Positions 28,430-38,036 of a DNA stretch of 64,000 bases are shown here, one piece after another. The DNA is from a virus. Taxonomy: Duplodnaviria > Caudoviricetes. Position 1 is the first letter of the stretch, and each line of letters opens with the position of its first letter. The translations under genes and the position numbers were made by a program. The stretch lies in IMG/VR virus record IMGVR_UViG_2856153290_000001, positions 8,663 to 72,662 of that record. One strand, given 5' to 3'. Below the pieces are notes generated by a model. It was given only the letters and a program-made list of their open reading frames with translations. It searched no databases and was not told where the DNA came from.

Positions 28430-30109
28430 ATGCCTCACCACTACCACAGCCGCGAGACCGCCGAGGTCGCCGAGTTCATCGATTCCTTCCGCCAGGAGTC
28501 GGTCAAGAGCGGCGTCTTCGATTCGGCCGCTGCCGACGACTTCCTGACCACCGCGATCAACCAGAGTGCCGGCGTCAAGGTGCCGCAGAAGCTGCAAGCC
28601 GCACTCGACGAGGCCGACGACAAGTCCGCATCCATGCTGTCGCGCGCCATCTTCGACGGCGCCGCCGTCTACGAGCAGGCCCACGGCGCCCCCTGCCCGG
28701 CCGACGTCATGCAGCAGGCCATTCACCTGGCCTACGCCACCACCAATGACGCGCGCCGCAAGATGGGCATGACCCTGGACTCCGCGACCAGCGAAGGCCA
28801 TGACGCGCTGTCGCTCCAGCCCAACCGGGCGGTGGTCGCCATCCTGGCCGCCCTGACCGAGGCGATTCCGTTTGCCCACTACCTGCCGGCGGATATCAAC
28901 TCCAACGAGGCCAAGCTGGCCATCATGACCCACCAGGCGGGCCGCGACTACGGTCGTTACAGCGCTGGCGGCATCATGGACGGCGCCAATTCCGGCGACA
29001 CCTACATCTCGTCCAGCCGCGAGCACAAGTGCGAGGTCGAGACCGACGCCGAGGGCGACCCGACCGGCAACATCACCGGCAAGCTGACCGCCATTCAGGA
29101 CACCGACGAGACCTGCGACCCCGATGCCGCAACGGTCAAGCTGCTGCGCGGCCGCGCCATCGTCTACGTCGACGGCATGATCGTCGCCAAGGAAGTGAGC
29201 TCCACCGGTACCGGCACGTCCGCGGTCAGCGGCCAGGTCGACATCGAGGGCACCACGCACCAGATCGGCGGCACCATCAACCCGGATACCGGCGCCATCG
29301 CTCTGACCGCCCAGCCGCCGCTGCCGGCCAGTTCCCACGTGCTGGTGGAGTCGTTCATCGACTACGAGCGCGCCCCGGAGCTGACGCCGGAGATCATCAC
29401 CGCCGTCGACACCTTCCAACTGTTCGCCAAGCCGTGGCGGGTGACCACCCACCAGACCATCGACAGCCGTACCCAGATGGCCAACGAGCTGGGTCTGGAC
29501 CCGTACAGCGAGGGCGTGCTCGGCATCCAGTCGCAGTTCGCCAACGAGCGCCACTACGAGGTGCTGCGCAAGGCGCGTCGACTGGCTGGCCGCAACCAGG
29601 AGACCTTCGACTTCGCGTGGGCCTCGCAGGGTGACTACAAGTCCCGGGCCGACGTGTGGCGCGACTTCAACGCCGTCGTGGGCGCCGTCAGCCAGCGCAT
29701 GGCGCTGTCCACCATGAACCACGGCGTCACCCACCTCTACGTGGGCGAGAACGTCGCCGCCCAGATGCAGGGCCTGCCCGCCGATATCTGGGAGCCGTCC
29801 GGCGTCGTCGAGCGTCCCGGCATCTTCCGCCTGGGCCGCCTGTTCGGCCGCTACGACGTCTACTACAGCCCCAAGGTGGTGCTCGAGACCGCCAACAGCG
29901 CCGAGGTGCTGTGCGTGGGGCGTGCCACCGACGTGACCCGCAACCCGTTCGTGCTGGGCGATGCCGTGCCGCCGACCGTGATTCCGCTGGCCACCAACGC
30001 CGACCTGAAGTCGGGCGCCGGCTTCTACGCGCGCAACTTCACCAGCGTGAACCCGCACCAGCCCAGCTCCACCGGCTGCGCGCTGATCAACGTCACCAAC
30101 CTGTTCTAA
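28430..30109 (+). CDS. Major capsid protein, P1 gp23-like
   Basis: LLRGRAIVYVDG, IDYERAPELTPEI, LGRLFG and VLGDAVPP match recalled P1 gp23 segments. Strong RBS. Confidence 0.9.
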   Translation: MPHHYHSRETAEVAEFIDSFRQESVKSGVFDSAAADDFLTTAINQSAGVKVPQKLQAALDEADDKSASMLSRAIFDGAAVYEQAHGAPCPADVMQQAIHLAYATTNDARRKMGMTLDSATSEGHDALSLQPNRAVVAILAALTEAIPFAHYLPADINSNEAKLAIMTHQAGRDYGRYSAGGIMDGANSGDTYISSSREHKCEVETDAEGDPTGNITGKLTAIQDTDETCDPDAATVKLLRGRAIVYVDGMIVAKEVSSTGTGTSAVSGQVDIEGTTHQIGGTINPDTGAIALTAQPPLPASSHVLVESFIDYERAPELTPEIITAVDTFQLFAKPWRVTTHQTIDSRTQMANELGLDPYSEGVLGIQSQFANERHYEVLRKARRLAGRNQETFDFAWASQGDYKSRADVWRDFNAVVGAVSQRMALSTMNHGVTHLYVGENVAAQMQGLPADIWEPSGVVERPGIFRLGRLFGRYDVYYSPKVVLETANSAEVLCVGRATDVTRNPFVLGDAVPPTVIPLATNADLKSGAGFYARNFTSVNPHQPSSTGCALINVTNLF

Positions 30110-30119
30110 GGAGTAGCAC

Positions 30120-30707
30120 ATGACTCGACTGGTCATCGGGCGCCCCGCCGTAGGCGGGATGGGCGCCAACCAGAAGGCCAAGGAGGCGTTCAGCGGGGCC
30201 GAGTTCCCGCTGACCGTGAACGTCGCCAACAAGATGACGATCACGCTCAGCCTGCCCGAGGCCGGTATCAAGCTGCGCCCGCTGGCCAGCGGCGTGGCTA
30301 CGTTCCGCGACTACGACCGCCTGCAGCGTGCGGTATCCAGCCTGGAGCAGATCGCCAGGCTCAACAACGCCGCCCAACTGGTCATCCTGGAAGCGGCCGA
30401 ACCGTCAGCCGAGGAAGCCAAGGCCGCCGCCGAGCCTGCGCCTGAGGGTGATGCCGGCGAAACCGGCGACACCAGCGGCAGCGGCGACGGCGATAGCGCT
30501 GGCGGTGACGGCACCGAGCAGACGCCCGAGGGCGGGGTAGAAGTGGCGGTCACCATCGTGCAGGACGACGAGCAGGCGTTTGTCGTCGAGCTGGACGGCG
30601 TGCGCTTCGAGCCGCTGCGCAACCAGGTGCGCGAGGACGGCACGCTGACCGCCGGGGGTCTCAAGGCCTTCGAGGAAGCCAAGGCCGCCGCCGGGGCTGA
30701 CGACTAA
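30120..30707 (+). CDS. Hypothetical structural protein
   Basis: TAAGGAG RBS, between the capsid and sheath genes, with an acidic linker. Confidence 0.7.
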   Translation: MTRLVIGRPAVGGMGANQKAKEAFSGAEFPLTVNVANKMTITLSLPEAGIKLRPLASGVATFRDYDRLQRAVSSLEQIARLNNAAQLVILEAAEPSAEEAKAAAEPAPEGDAGETGDTSGSGDGDSAGGDGTEQTPEGGVEVAVTIVQDDEQAFVVELDGVRFEPLRNQVREDGTLTAGGLKAFEEAKAAAGADD

Positions 30708-30722
30708 AAGGGGGCATCAGCC

Positions 30723-32375
30723 ATGACCGTGTCATTCGTACGACAGCTCGGCGCCGAGTCGGGGGTTCAGCTGAACCCCCTGGTCGACGGCTCCGAGATT
30801 CCGACGACCGGCAATGAGGACCAGCTGTTCGCCATTGCCATGCGCGCCTCCCGCGGGCGCATCGACCGCGCTTTCAAGGTCAATCGCAGCAACGTCCGCC
30901 AGCGCCTGGGGCATGGCGAGCCGATGCGTGACAACGAGCTCAACGAGGCCTATGTCCACGTCCGTGAGGCGCTGGACAACGGCGCCTACGAGGCCGTGGT
31001 GGCGCGCCTGCACTCCGACGCCGCCGTGCTGAGCTGGATCGTGGTCCGGGAGGAAGTGGCCGGCGATCCCGAGGAGCCGACCGGGGGCTTCGTCTTCGAG
31101 GTGTCGGAGACCGAGCCCGAATCCGCCTTCCTGTTCGCCGTGAAGCACCTGGAGTGTTTCAACGACGGCGTGATGGTCGAGTTCCGGGCCGACGAGAAGC
31201 GCGAGGGCGGGGTCAACGTCGCCAACGACGTCATCACCCTGCGCCTGCTCGAGCCCAACGGCGACAAGCTCATCGAGATCACGGGCTCACTGGATCGCGA
31301 CGCCAAGGACGACAGCGGCAACTCCTACTACCTGCCGAACGTCATCGAAAGCCGTACCGACCGCCTCGAGGTCCTGACCGGCGCCACGACCGTCATCGAG
31401 CCGGACTCCGACGCCTACGGCTATGACGAGATCTTCCGCGAGAAGTGGGCGACCTCCGAGGTGCTGGAGTACTTCGACGAGGGCGGTACCGCCTACGCCG
31501 TCGACGACTACGTGCGTGCCCGTGACCAGCTCTACGGCACTCAGCACGGCTATGCCTACATCGCGTCCGGCGGCAGCGAGGCGCCGGCACTGATCGCCGA
31601 GCTGGCCCGGCTGGGCTTCGACACCAACCGTCAGCTGCGCGTCGACGTTCCCGGGCATCTCGACGTCGAGGGCGCCATTGCCTTCGTCGAGCAGATGAAC
31701 CTGGGCAGCATGGCCGAGGCGCACCTGCTGCACGTCTTCTGGGCGCCGCTCAAGAGCAATGACCCGACCGGCATCAACGGCAAGCGCCACTTCGGTACCG
31801 CCACGCTCAACATCGCGCTGGCGTGCGGCCGCAACGCGCGTGTCAACGCCAAGGGCTTCGCGCCGAAGAACTACCCGATTGCCGGCCGTGAGTGGCCGGT
31901 TCGCCGCCAGGGCATCGTGCAGACCTACACGCCCAACAACCAGGAGCTCAACGCCCTGGCCCGGGCGAAGATCAACCCGGTGGTCTTCGAGAACTACTCC
32001 GGGGGCGGTCGCTACGTGTTCCGCGACTCGCTGACCAGCGCGCAGGTGGATTCCAGCCTGAAGAAGCTGATCGCGGTCGCCGACATGTCGACCTCCGTCG
32101 ACGATGCCGTCACGCGCGCCGGCAAGGACTTCCTGCAGCTGCCGATGAACGTCTCCATCAAGCGCATGCGGGACTTCCTGACCACTCTGTTCGAGGGCGC
32201 GGAAGCCTCCGGATGGCTGGTACCGTCCGACGACCCGGCCATGGGCGGCGCGGCCTGGCGCTTCGAGGTCCAGCCCAACGAGCAGCGGCCGTATGAACTC
32301 ATGGATGTCCGCTACTGGCTGCGCTACGACGGCACCAACCGCCAGACCCACGTGACCCAGACGCTGAGCCGCTAA
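30723..32375 (+). CDS. Contractile tail sheath, P1 gp22-like
   Basis: RQLGAESGVQLNP N-terminus, LARAKINPVV and a sheath-type C-terminus. Confidence 0.85.
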   Translation: MTVSFVRQLGAESGVQLNPLVDGSEIPTTGNEDQLFAIAMRASRGRIDRAFKVNRSNVRQRLGHGEPMRDNELNEAYVHVREALDNGAYEAVVARLHSDAAVLSWIVVREEVAGDPEEPTGGFVFEVSETEPESAFLFAVKHLECFNDGVMVEFRADEKREGGVNVANDVITLRLLEPNGDKLIEITGSLDRDAKDDSGNSYYLPNVIESRTDRLEVLTGATTVIEPDSDAYGYDEIFREKWATSEVLEYFDEGGTAYAVDDYVRARDQLYGTQHGYAYIASGGSEAPALIAELARLGFDTNRQLRVDVPGHLDVEGAIAFVEQMNLGSMAEAHLLHVFWAPLKSNDPTGINGKRHFGTATLNIALACGRNARVNAKGFAPKNYPIAGREWPVRRQGIVQTYTPNNQELNALARAKINPVVFENYSGGGRYVFRDSLTSAQVDSSLKKLIAVADMSTSVDDAVTRAGKDFLQLPMNVSIKRMRDFLTTLFEGAEASGWLVPSDDPAMGGAAWRFEVQPNEQRPYELMDVRYWLRYDGTNRQTHVTQTLSR

Positions 32376-32384
32376 GGAGAGACC

Positions 32385-33098
32385 ATGTCTGATCTGCAAA
32401 ACATGCTGCGTGGCGTGATGTACCCGCGCCACAAGCAGCCCGACCCCAAGCCCGCCGCCGAGGAGTCTCGGCGGTACCTGCTGCTCGACGATGCCGGCGA
32501 ACCGATGCTCGACAGTGCCGGCGAGCACGAGCACATGAGCCTGCGCATGGACGCCGTGGCCGTCATCCAGCAGTGGATCGAGGAAGACGACCTCGACGAC
32601 GGCGAGAGCAGCGCCGACCGCCTGCTGGCAATGATGGTCGGCATCGCCGACGGCAACCAGGACGGCGAGCTCGACGAGGACGAGCACGAGGTCGTCGACG
32701 TCGCCCGTGAGGCGGCCTGGGACTACCTGTCGGCCCTGGGTATCGAAGACGAGGATATCGGCCTGCTGCTCGACGACTGGGACGACGAGGCCGCCGAGCG
32801 GATCCGCGACGCCGTGGCGGCCGCGCTGCCCGACGGCGACGACGAGGCCGATACCGCCATCGACAACTTCACCTTCGACGACGCCGACCAGGAGGCGGTC
32901 TTCGACGCCACCTACCGCAAGCGCACCGTCGTTCGCGGGGGCAAGAAGAAGCGCGTCAACAAGCGCGTGTCCGGCAAGGTGCGGCTGTCCGGCAAGCAGA
33001 AGCTGGCCATTCGCAAGGCGCGTAACAAGGCACACAGTCCGCGCGCCAAGGCGCGTCGCCTGAAGTCGATGCGCGTGCGCCGCAAGATGGGGATGTAA
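32385..33098 (+). CDS. Acidic/basic prohead core-like protein, P1 gp21-like
   Basis: Very acidic body followed by VVRGGKK...QKLAIRKARNKAHS...RLKSMRVRRKMG. Confidence 0.8.
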   Translation: MSDLQNMLRGVMYPRHKQPDPKPAAEESRRYLLLDDAGEPMLDSAGEHEHMSLRMDAVAVIQQWIEEDDLDDGESSADRLLAMMVGIADGNQDGELDEDEHEVVDVAREAAWDYLSALGIEDEDIGLLLDDWDDEAAERIRDAVAAALPDGDDEADTAIDNFTFDDADQEAVFDATYRKRTVVRGGKKKRVNKRVSGKVRLSGKQKLAIRKARNKAHSPRAKARRLKSMRVRRKMGM

Positions 33099-33120
33099 CC
33101 CTTTTCGAGGGGTGTTGCTT

Positions 33121-33144
33121 GGCGGCCGGTGGCCGCCTTTTTTT
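33121..33144 (+). terminator. Intrinsic terminator
   Basis: GGCGGCC-GGT-GGCCGCC-TTTTTTT. Confidence 0.75.
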
Positions 33145-33160
33145 CTGACGGGAGTCTGAC

Positions 33161-33919
33161 ATGGTGCTGCCATTTGATGGGCTGGGGCCGCTGTGGGACG
33201 GCATCAATCCCCACCTGATCGCCACCATCTACGAGGTCGACCACGTCGGCGAGCAGCTGGACGATAGCCCGTTGGTGCGCTGCCTGTTCGTCGACGACGC
33301 CAACCTCGAGGCCACGCTCAACTGGCAATCGCCGTTCGACGGTGCCGGTCCCGAGGCCAGGGCGCCGACACTGGCCGCCATGTTGCAGAGCGGCGCCATC
33401 CAGCCCATCGCCGAGCGACTGGGCGACGACGTCGGCGGCGCCACCCGAGAGGTGAGCGAGACCGCGCGCGGGCGCACGGGCATCACCAAGCTCAACAGCA
33501 CGCAGGTGTTCAGCGGCATGCCGCCCGTCCGCCTTCAGGCGACGATCATGCTGCGTGCCTGGCGGGACCCGGGCGCCGAGGTCGAGGCGCCGCTCGACCA
33601 GCTGATGCGCTGGGTGCTGCCTCAGTTCCTGGCCCCGGAGGGCACGCTGCTGACCGCGGCGCTCGACTGGTACCAGCGCGGCGAGCGCGACGTCAACGGC
33701 TTCATCGAGGCCGCCATGCCGTCGGCGGCGCCGTCGCTGCTGGCCGTGCGCTACAAGGGCCGCACCTACGCCCCGATGGTGGTCGAGAACATCGGCGTGC
33801 CGCTCAACTCCCCATCTGACCGCTTTGGTCGCTTCGTCCAGATCCAGATACCGGTGACGTTCAGCACGCTGACCGCGCTGGACCGCCACGACTGGGACGC
33901 CATGAAAGGAGTGCCGTGA
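33161..33919 (+). CDS. Tube-initiator/baseplate tube-like protein, P1 Tub-like
   Basis: LNWQSPF, QVFSGMPP and DPGAEVEAP resemble P1 Tub. Confidence 0.7.
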   Translation: MVLPFDGLGPLWDGINPHLIATIYEVDHVGEQLDDSPLVRCLFVDDANLEATLNWQSPFDGAGPEARAPTLAAMLQSGAIQPIAERLGDDVGGATREVSETARGRTGITKLNSTQVFSGMPPVRLQATIMLRAWRDPGAEVEAPLDQLMRWVLPQFLAPEGTLLTAALDWYQRGERDVNGFIEAAMPSAAPSLLAVRYKGRTYAPMVVENIGVPLNSPSDRFGRFVQIQIPVTFSTLTALDRHDWDAMKGVP

Positions 33920-34677
33920 TGATTCACTTCCCGACCCTGCGCACCCGACGCCTGACGGTGCGCCTCAAAGAGCTGGCGATGATCGACGCCATCGCCCTGG
34001 CGGCCATTCCGCCACACCTCAACGAAGAAGCGACGACCGTCTTCCTGCGCGCGGCCGTCGACGATGCCCAAGGCGTTTCCGATCCCGACCAGTGGACGGT
34101 GCAGGAGCGCACGATGGCTGTCTGCCACTACATGGCGTCGACCCTGGACGATGGCCCCGACTTCAGCCTGGCCGGTGGCAAGGCGCGTTTCTCCGACTAC
34201 CTGACGGGCGAGCGTGACTACGGCGCCGACAGCGTAGACGTCGGCGAGATCGAGGGCGACCACTGGACGGCACGCCACCTGACCGGCGCCCTGGCCGGTG
34301 CCGTCGAGCGCTTGACCGGCGAACTGCCGGGCGTCGACGGCCTGGCGCACTGGCGAATCGGCCGCATGGCGGCGCAGCTCGTGCCCAATGGCAACGCGGT
34401 ACCGGCCGAGGGTGATATCGACGCCGCTCTGCTGGAGCGCATGCGTGTCATCACTCGCTACCCCGAGAGTGTGTTCGCCCGCCTGTCGGCCGGCTTCGAC
34501 GCCGCCTGCCAGGAGCTGGACCACCTGTTTCTGATCGATGCCGACGAGCACGGCCTGATGGCCCTGCCAAGGGAGGATAGCGCGGCTGGCAAGCCGCCGG
34601 CGCGATTTCCAGTTGGCGCCTGCCTCACAGACCTCGCGCGACAGTTGGGTGGAAAACCAGCGGCTGCTCGCCCATAG
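33916..34677 (+). CDS. P1 PmgC-like morphogenesis protein
   Basis: DAIALAAIPP..NEEATTVFL...DPDQWTVQER. Follows the Tub-like gene. Confidence 0.65.
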   Translation: MMIHFPTLRTRRLTVRLKELAMIDAIALAAIPPHLNEEATTVFLRAAVDDAQGVSDPDQWTVQERTMAVCHYMASTLDDGPDFSLAGGKARFSDYLTGERDYGADSVDVGEIEGDHWTARHLTGALAGAVERLTGELPGVDGLAHWRIGRMAAQLVPNGNAVPAEGDIDAALLERMRVITRYPESVFARLSAGFDAACQELDHLFLIDADEHGLMALPREDSAAGKPPARFPVGACLTDLARQLGGKPAAARP

Positions 34678-34691
34678 CCTGGCCCTATATT
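34651..34691 (+). promoter_or_regulatory. Putative late promoter for the lysis cassette (GGAAAA-N29-TATATT)
   Basis: Same spacing as six other copies, about 245 nt upstream of the holin gene. Confidence 0.62.
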
Positions 34692-34720
34692 CGGCGACAT
34701 CACTTCCCGACGCGCTGCGC

Positions 34721-34891
34721 ATGACCGGCAGCGAGGCCGAGGCCTTCTTCGAGGGCAAGGCCTACGCCGATTGGCGCAAGGGGAAGGAGCAGGAACTGAA
34801 GCTGCAGGCTGCCGTCAGCGACCGCTTGAACGGTGTGATCAGGGCCTGCGGCGCAATCGTAAAGACGGTGGCATCACTGGGGCGTCGTTGA
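34721..34891 (+). CDS. Small hypothetical protein (start uncertain, frame open from 34613)
   Basis: MTGSEAEAFFEGKAYADWRK... Confidence 0.45.
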   Translation: MTGSEAEAFFEGKAYADWRKGKEQELKLQAAVSDRLNGVIRACGAIVKTVASLGRR

Positions 34892-34934
34892 CGGGCGTCG
34901 TGAGGTGTCCGGCCATGCGCGACAGGAGGGCGAT

Positions 34935-35291
34935 GTGGCAGAACCAACTACCAGCGCAGCGGCGGCAACGGCGACGGCGACCGGTATCGGCCTGGCGGCC
35001 CTGCTGCCCTGGATCGACGCCAATGCCCTGATGGGGGCGGCGCTCGGCGCCGGCCTCGTGGCCTACAGCAAGTCCGACCTGCGAGCCTGGCAGCGCCTGG
35101 GCGCGCTGCTGTTCTCCGCCCTGTGCGGCTATCTCATGACACCCGAGATCGTGGCGCAAACCCCGGTGACCCACGACGGAGCGGGCGGGTTCATCGGCGC
35201 CATCGTCGTCGTCCCGCTGTCGCTGAAGCTCATCCAGCACGTCGAGAGGTTCGACCTGGCGACGTGGCTCGACCGCCGGAAAGGCAAGTGA
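34935..35291 (+). CDS. Putative holin
   Basis: AGGAGG plus GTG start, 3-4 hydrophobic segments, basic C-terminus. Confidence 0.8.
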   Translation: MAEPTTSAAAATATATGIGLAALLPWIDANALMGAALGAGLVAYSKSDLRAWQRLGALLFSALCGYLMTPEIVAQTPVTHDGAGGFIGAIVVVPLSLKLIQHVERFDLATWLDRRKGK

Positions 35292-35300
35292 GGCTCGGCA

Positions 35301-35609
35301 ATGGCTGATACCGGGGTACTTCAAAGCATCGCGCCGGCACTGGCGGCCTTCAGCTACTTCATCGCCGCCATGCGCCTGGCCACCTTCCGCCGCGGCGCGC
35401 GCCGCTACAAGCCGTGCGTGTCGCTACTGGCCAGCGTGCTGATTGGCACCCTGCTGTGCGCCGGCCTCGAAGTCGTGTTTCTCAAGCCTGAGGTGAGCCT
35501 GTTCCAGACCGTGCTCGCCGCCCTGTTTTGTGTCCTGACGCTGCGTGCTCGGGGCAATGTCGCCAGCCTGATGAGGATGTCCTATGACGGCACTTCTGAG
35601 ACGAGGTAG
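35301..35609 (+). CDS. Putative holin/antiholin
   Basis: Three TM segments, FRRGARRYK and ARGNVA. Confidence 0.75.
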   Translation: MADTGVLQSIAPALAAFSYFIAAMRLATFRRGARRYKPCVSLLASVLIGTLLCAGLEVVFLKPEVSLFQTVLAALFCVLTLRARGNVASLMRMSYDGTSETR

Positions 35610-36288
35610 CCGCGGCGAGGCCGTGCGCGCCCTGCAACAAGAGCTCAACCGCCAAGCCGGCGCTGGACTGGTCGATGACGGCGTGTTCGGTCCCGTCACC
35701 GAGCGGGCGGTCAAGGCCTTCCAGCGCAGCCGGGGGCTGACGCCTGACGGGCTGGTCGGCCCCGCTACCCGCGGGGCGCTGGGCACTGCCCCGAAACGGC
35801 CGGCCCCCGGGCAGGGCGAGGCCAATCTGTGCGCCTTCCTGGACATGATCGCCTTCGCCGAGGGTACGGACCGTTACGGCGAGCAGGACGGCTATGACGT
35901 GCTGGTCGGCGGCGAGCTGTTTACCGACTTCAGCGACCACCCCAACAAGCGGGTCTGGCTGCCGGCCTATGGCATCCATTCCACGGCGGCCGGCCGGTAC
36001 CAGATCCTGCACCGTTACTGGAAGCACTACCAGGCGCAGCTCGGCCTGCCCGACTTCGGCCCGGCATCACAGGACCTCTACGCGGTTCAGCAGATCCGGG
36101 AGCGGCGCGCCTATGACGACGTGCTGGCCGGGCGTATCAGCGACGCCATCCGCAAGTGCGCCAACATCTGGGCGTCCTTCCCGGGCGCGGGCTACGGCCA
36201 GCGCGAAGTCGCCGAACGCGAGCTGATCGCCTTCTACCGCCGGAAGGGTGGGCGGCTCGAGCACGAGACAGGGGAGATGACGGCATGA
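35584..36288 (+). CDS. Endolysin: PG-binding domain + lambda-R-like (GH104) transglycosylase
   Basis: LRRGSRGEAVRALQ...DGVFGPVTERAVKAFQ, then FLDMIAFAEGT, STAAGRYQ and WASFPGAGYGQ. Confidence 0.93.
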   Translation: MTALLRRGSRGEAVRALQQELNRQAGAGLVDDGVFGPVTERAVKAFQRSRGLTPDGLVGPATRGALGTAPKRPAPGQGEANLCAFLDMIAFAEGTDRYGEQDGYDVLVGGELFTDFSDHPNKRVWLPAYGIHSTAAGRYQILHRYWKHYQAQLGLPDFGPASQDLYAVQQIRERRAYDDVLAGRISDAIRKCANIWASFPGAGYGQREVAERELIAFYRRKGGRLEHETGEMTA

Positions 36289-36509
36289 GGTTGACCGACG
36301 ACGCCCGCAACTGGCACCGCCTGTGGTCGGTGCGGCTGGGCATTCTTGCCGCCGTGTTCGGCGGTGTCGAGGCCTCGCTGCCACTCTGGGAGGTCGCCTT
36401 GCCGCAGGGGGTGTTCGCCGTCCTGGCAGCCGTCTCCGGTACCGGCGTGGGCATCGTGCGCGTGATCAAGCAGAACCTGCCGCCTCACGGCGACGAGGCG
36501 GACCAATGA
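36285..36509 (+). CDS. Small holin-like membrane protein
   Basis: WHRLWSVRL motif and two TM segments. Confidence 0.65.
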   Translation: MRLTDDARNWHRLWSVRLGILAAVFGGVEASLPLWEVALPQGVFAVLAAVSGTGVGIVRVIKQNLPPHGDEADQ

Positions 36510-36793
36510 GCCGGCTCCGGCAAATAGTGGTCGCCGCCCTGGGGCTGTTGGCTACCGCGCTGTCGATCGCGCTCGCCGTCGTCGCCAGGCAGCGCGACAA
36601 CGCCCGTCAGCGAGCCGATGACGAGGGCCGGCGGGCCGATACCGCCGAGGAGCGTATCGAACAGCGGCACAAGGCCGACACGGCCAGCGCCAAAGGCAAG
36701 GAAGAGGGGGAGCGTGATGTCGAGAAAGCCCGTGCTGACGCGCGTAGCGGTCGCCGCGACCATTTTGCTGATGGCTGGATGCGCGACGACTAG
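36506..36793 (+). CDS. i-spanin (Rz-like)
   Basis: N-terminal TM followed by a coiled coil. Overlaps the lipoprotein gene. Confidence 0.75.
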   Translation: MSRLRQIVVAALGLLATALSIALAVVARQRDNARQRADDEGRRADTAEERIEQRHKADTASAKGKEEGERDVEKARADARSGRRDHFADGWMRDD

Positions 36794-37025
36794 GACCGTC
36801 TTCGTTCAGGAGCCGTTGCCTGTGCCCGAGCGGCCGGCGCTGCCCGTCGTGACGGCCGCTGAGTTCGCCTGTCATCCCGAGGTGGATGCCGTGCTGCGTG
36901 AGCTCGAGCTGCCGCCCTATGACGGCTGTCTGGCGGCAGGTGCCTATGAGGCGCTGGCCACGCGTGACGCCATGCTGCAAGCCCATATCCGGCGCCTGGA
37001 GGCGGTACTGCGCACGACCCACTGA
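36717..37025 (+). CDS. o-spanin (Rz1-like lipoprotein)
   Basis: Lipobox LMAG|C and a Pro-rich segment. Confidence 0.78.
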   Translation: MSRKPVLTRVAVAATILLMAGCATTRTVFVQEPLPVPERPALPVVTAAEFACHPEVDAVLRELELPPYDGCLAAGAYEALATRDAMLQAHIRRLEAVLRTTH

Positions 37026-37046
37026 GCCAGGGCGCCGAGACCGAGC

Positions 37047-37087
37047 GGAAAACCCGGGGGCTGCGCGCTCCCGGGCAGCGATAGTCT
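37047..37087 (+). promoter_or_regulatory. Putative late promoter (GGAAAA-N29-TAGTCT)
   Basis: Conserved motif upstream of the tail tube gene. Confidence 0.72.
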
Positions 37088-37152
37088 GGGCGCTCAAGGC
37101 CATGGAACGCCATGGCTCGTGCTGACTTGATCCCAACCATCGAGGCTACGCC

Positions 37153-37653
37153 ATGACCGTATCCAACGCCAACTACCTCAAGGGCTTCTACGACCAGACC
37201 AAGGCCATGGGGCAGAAGGTGGTCAACTCCGACTTCACCTTCGAGATCGAGGGCTTCGAGCAGAACTACCTGCTGGCCCGCCAGTGCCCGTGGCCCGTCG
37301 TCGCGCCGCAAGGCGAGATCGAGGTGCCGTCACCGCTGGGCGCCGCCCTGTGGGAGCCGCAACAGATCCGCGTCAACCACCAGGGGCAGGTGACCCTGAT
37401 GGAAGTGACGGCCGGCAGCATCGATCAGATGCTCGTCGACATCATCACCAACGGCGGCACGTTCAACGCCAAGATCTACGAGGGCACGCCCGAGCGCTAC
37501 CTGCGCTACAAGCGCATCACCGACGCCTTCATCCAGATCGACGACCCGGATCGCGACTGGGAGAACCGCAGCCAGATCCTGGCCTTCAGCGGCACCATGT
37601 TCTTCCACTACTTTGGCGAGATCGTGGAAGGCAACAGCACGGATTACCGCTGA
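37153..37653 (+). CDS. Tail tube protein, P1 BplB-like
   Basis: NANYLKGFYDQTKAMGQKVVNSDFTFEIEG resembles the P1 BplB N-terminus. Confidence 0.78.
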   Translation: MTVSNANYLKGFYDQTKAMGQKVVNSDFTFEIEGFEQNYLLARQCPWPVVAPQGEIEVPSPLGAALWEPQQIRVNHQGQVTLMEVTAGSIDQMLVDIITNGGTFNAKIYEGTPERYLRYKRITDAFIQIDDPDRDWENRSQILAFSGTMFFHYFGEIVEGNSTDYR

Positions 37654-38030
37654 TGGCAAAGCTGGCCGACCTGGTGACCCGCTTCGTCGAGCTCGAGCGC
37701 GGGGCTGCCAACATCCTTCCCCCGGAATCCGTCACGGCGCAAGCCGTGGCGGCGGTGTCGTTCTATGCCGGCTTCGCGGCGCTGACCCACCTGGCAGAGG
37801 GCGCCGACATCGACGAGAACGTCGACATCACGGTGTCGGAGTGGGCCGAGATACGCCCGCTGTTCATCCTCTACGTCGAGCGTGAGAACGCGCTGCAAAT
37901 GGAGGCGACCGGCATCCTGAGCGCTGGCGGCGGCTTTGGTCGCTCGAGCTCCGAGGTCGGCAGCGAGATCACGCAGCTCGAGGCCGACCTGCCGCGGCGC
38001 GTCTTCTTCCATCCCGTCGTCACGGTGTAG
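37653..38030 (+). CDS. P1-like morphogenesis protein
   Basis: FYAGFAAL...EWAEIRPL...EAT...FGRSSSE. Confidence 0.6.
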   Translation: MAKLADLVTRFVELERGAANILPPESVTAQAVAAVSFYAGFAALTHLAEGADIDENVDITVSEWAEIRPLFILYVERENALQMEATGILSAGGGFGRSSSEVGSEITQLEADLPRRVFFHPVVTV

Positions 38031-38036
38031 ACCGCC

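Noticed and set aside
34613-34891. Programmed frameshift from the PmgC-like gene into the overlapping frame at GGT GGA AAA C (tail-chaperone G/GT style)
   Set aside because: It would need a +1/-2 shift with no canonical slippery heptamer. The GGAAAA is better explained as a late-promoter copy with exact 29-nt spacing to TATATT. Not fully excluded.
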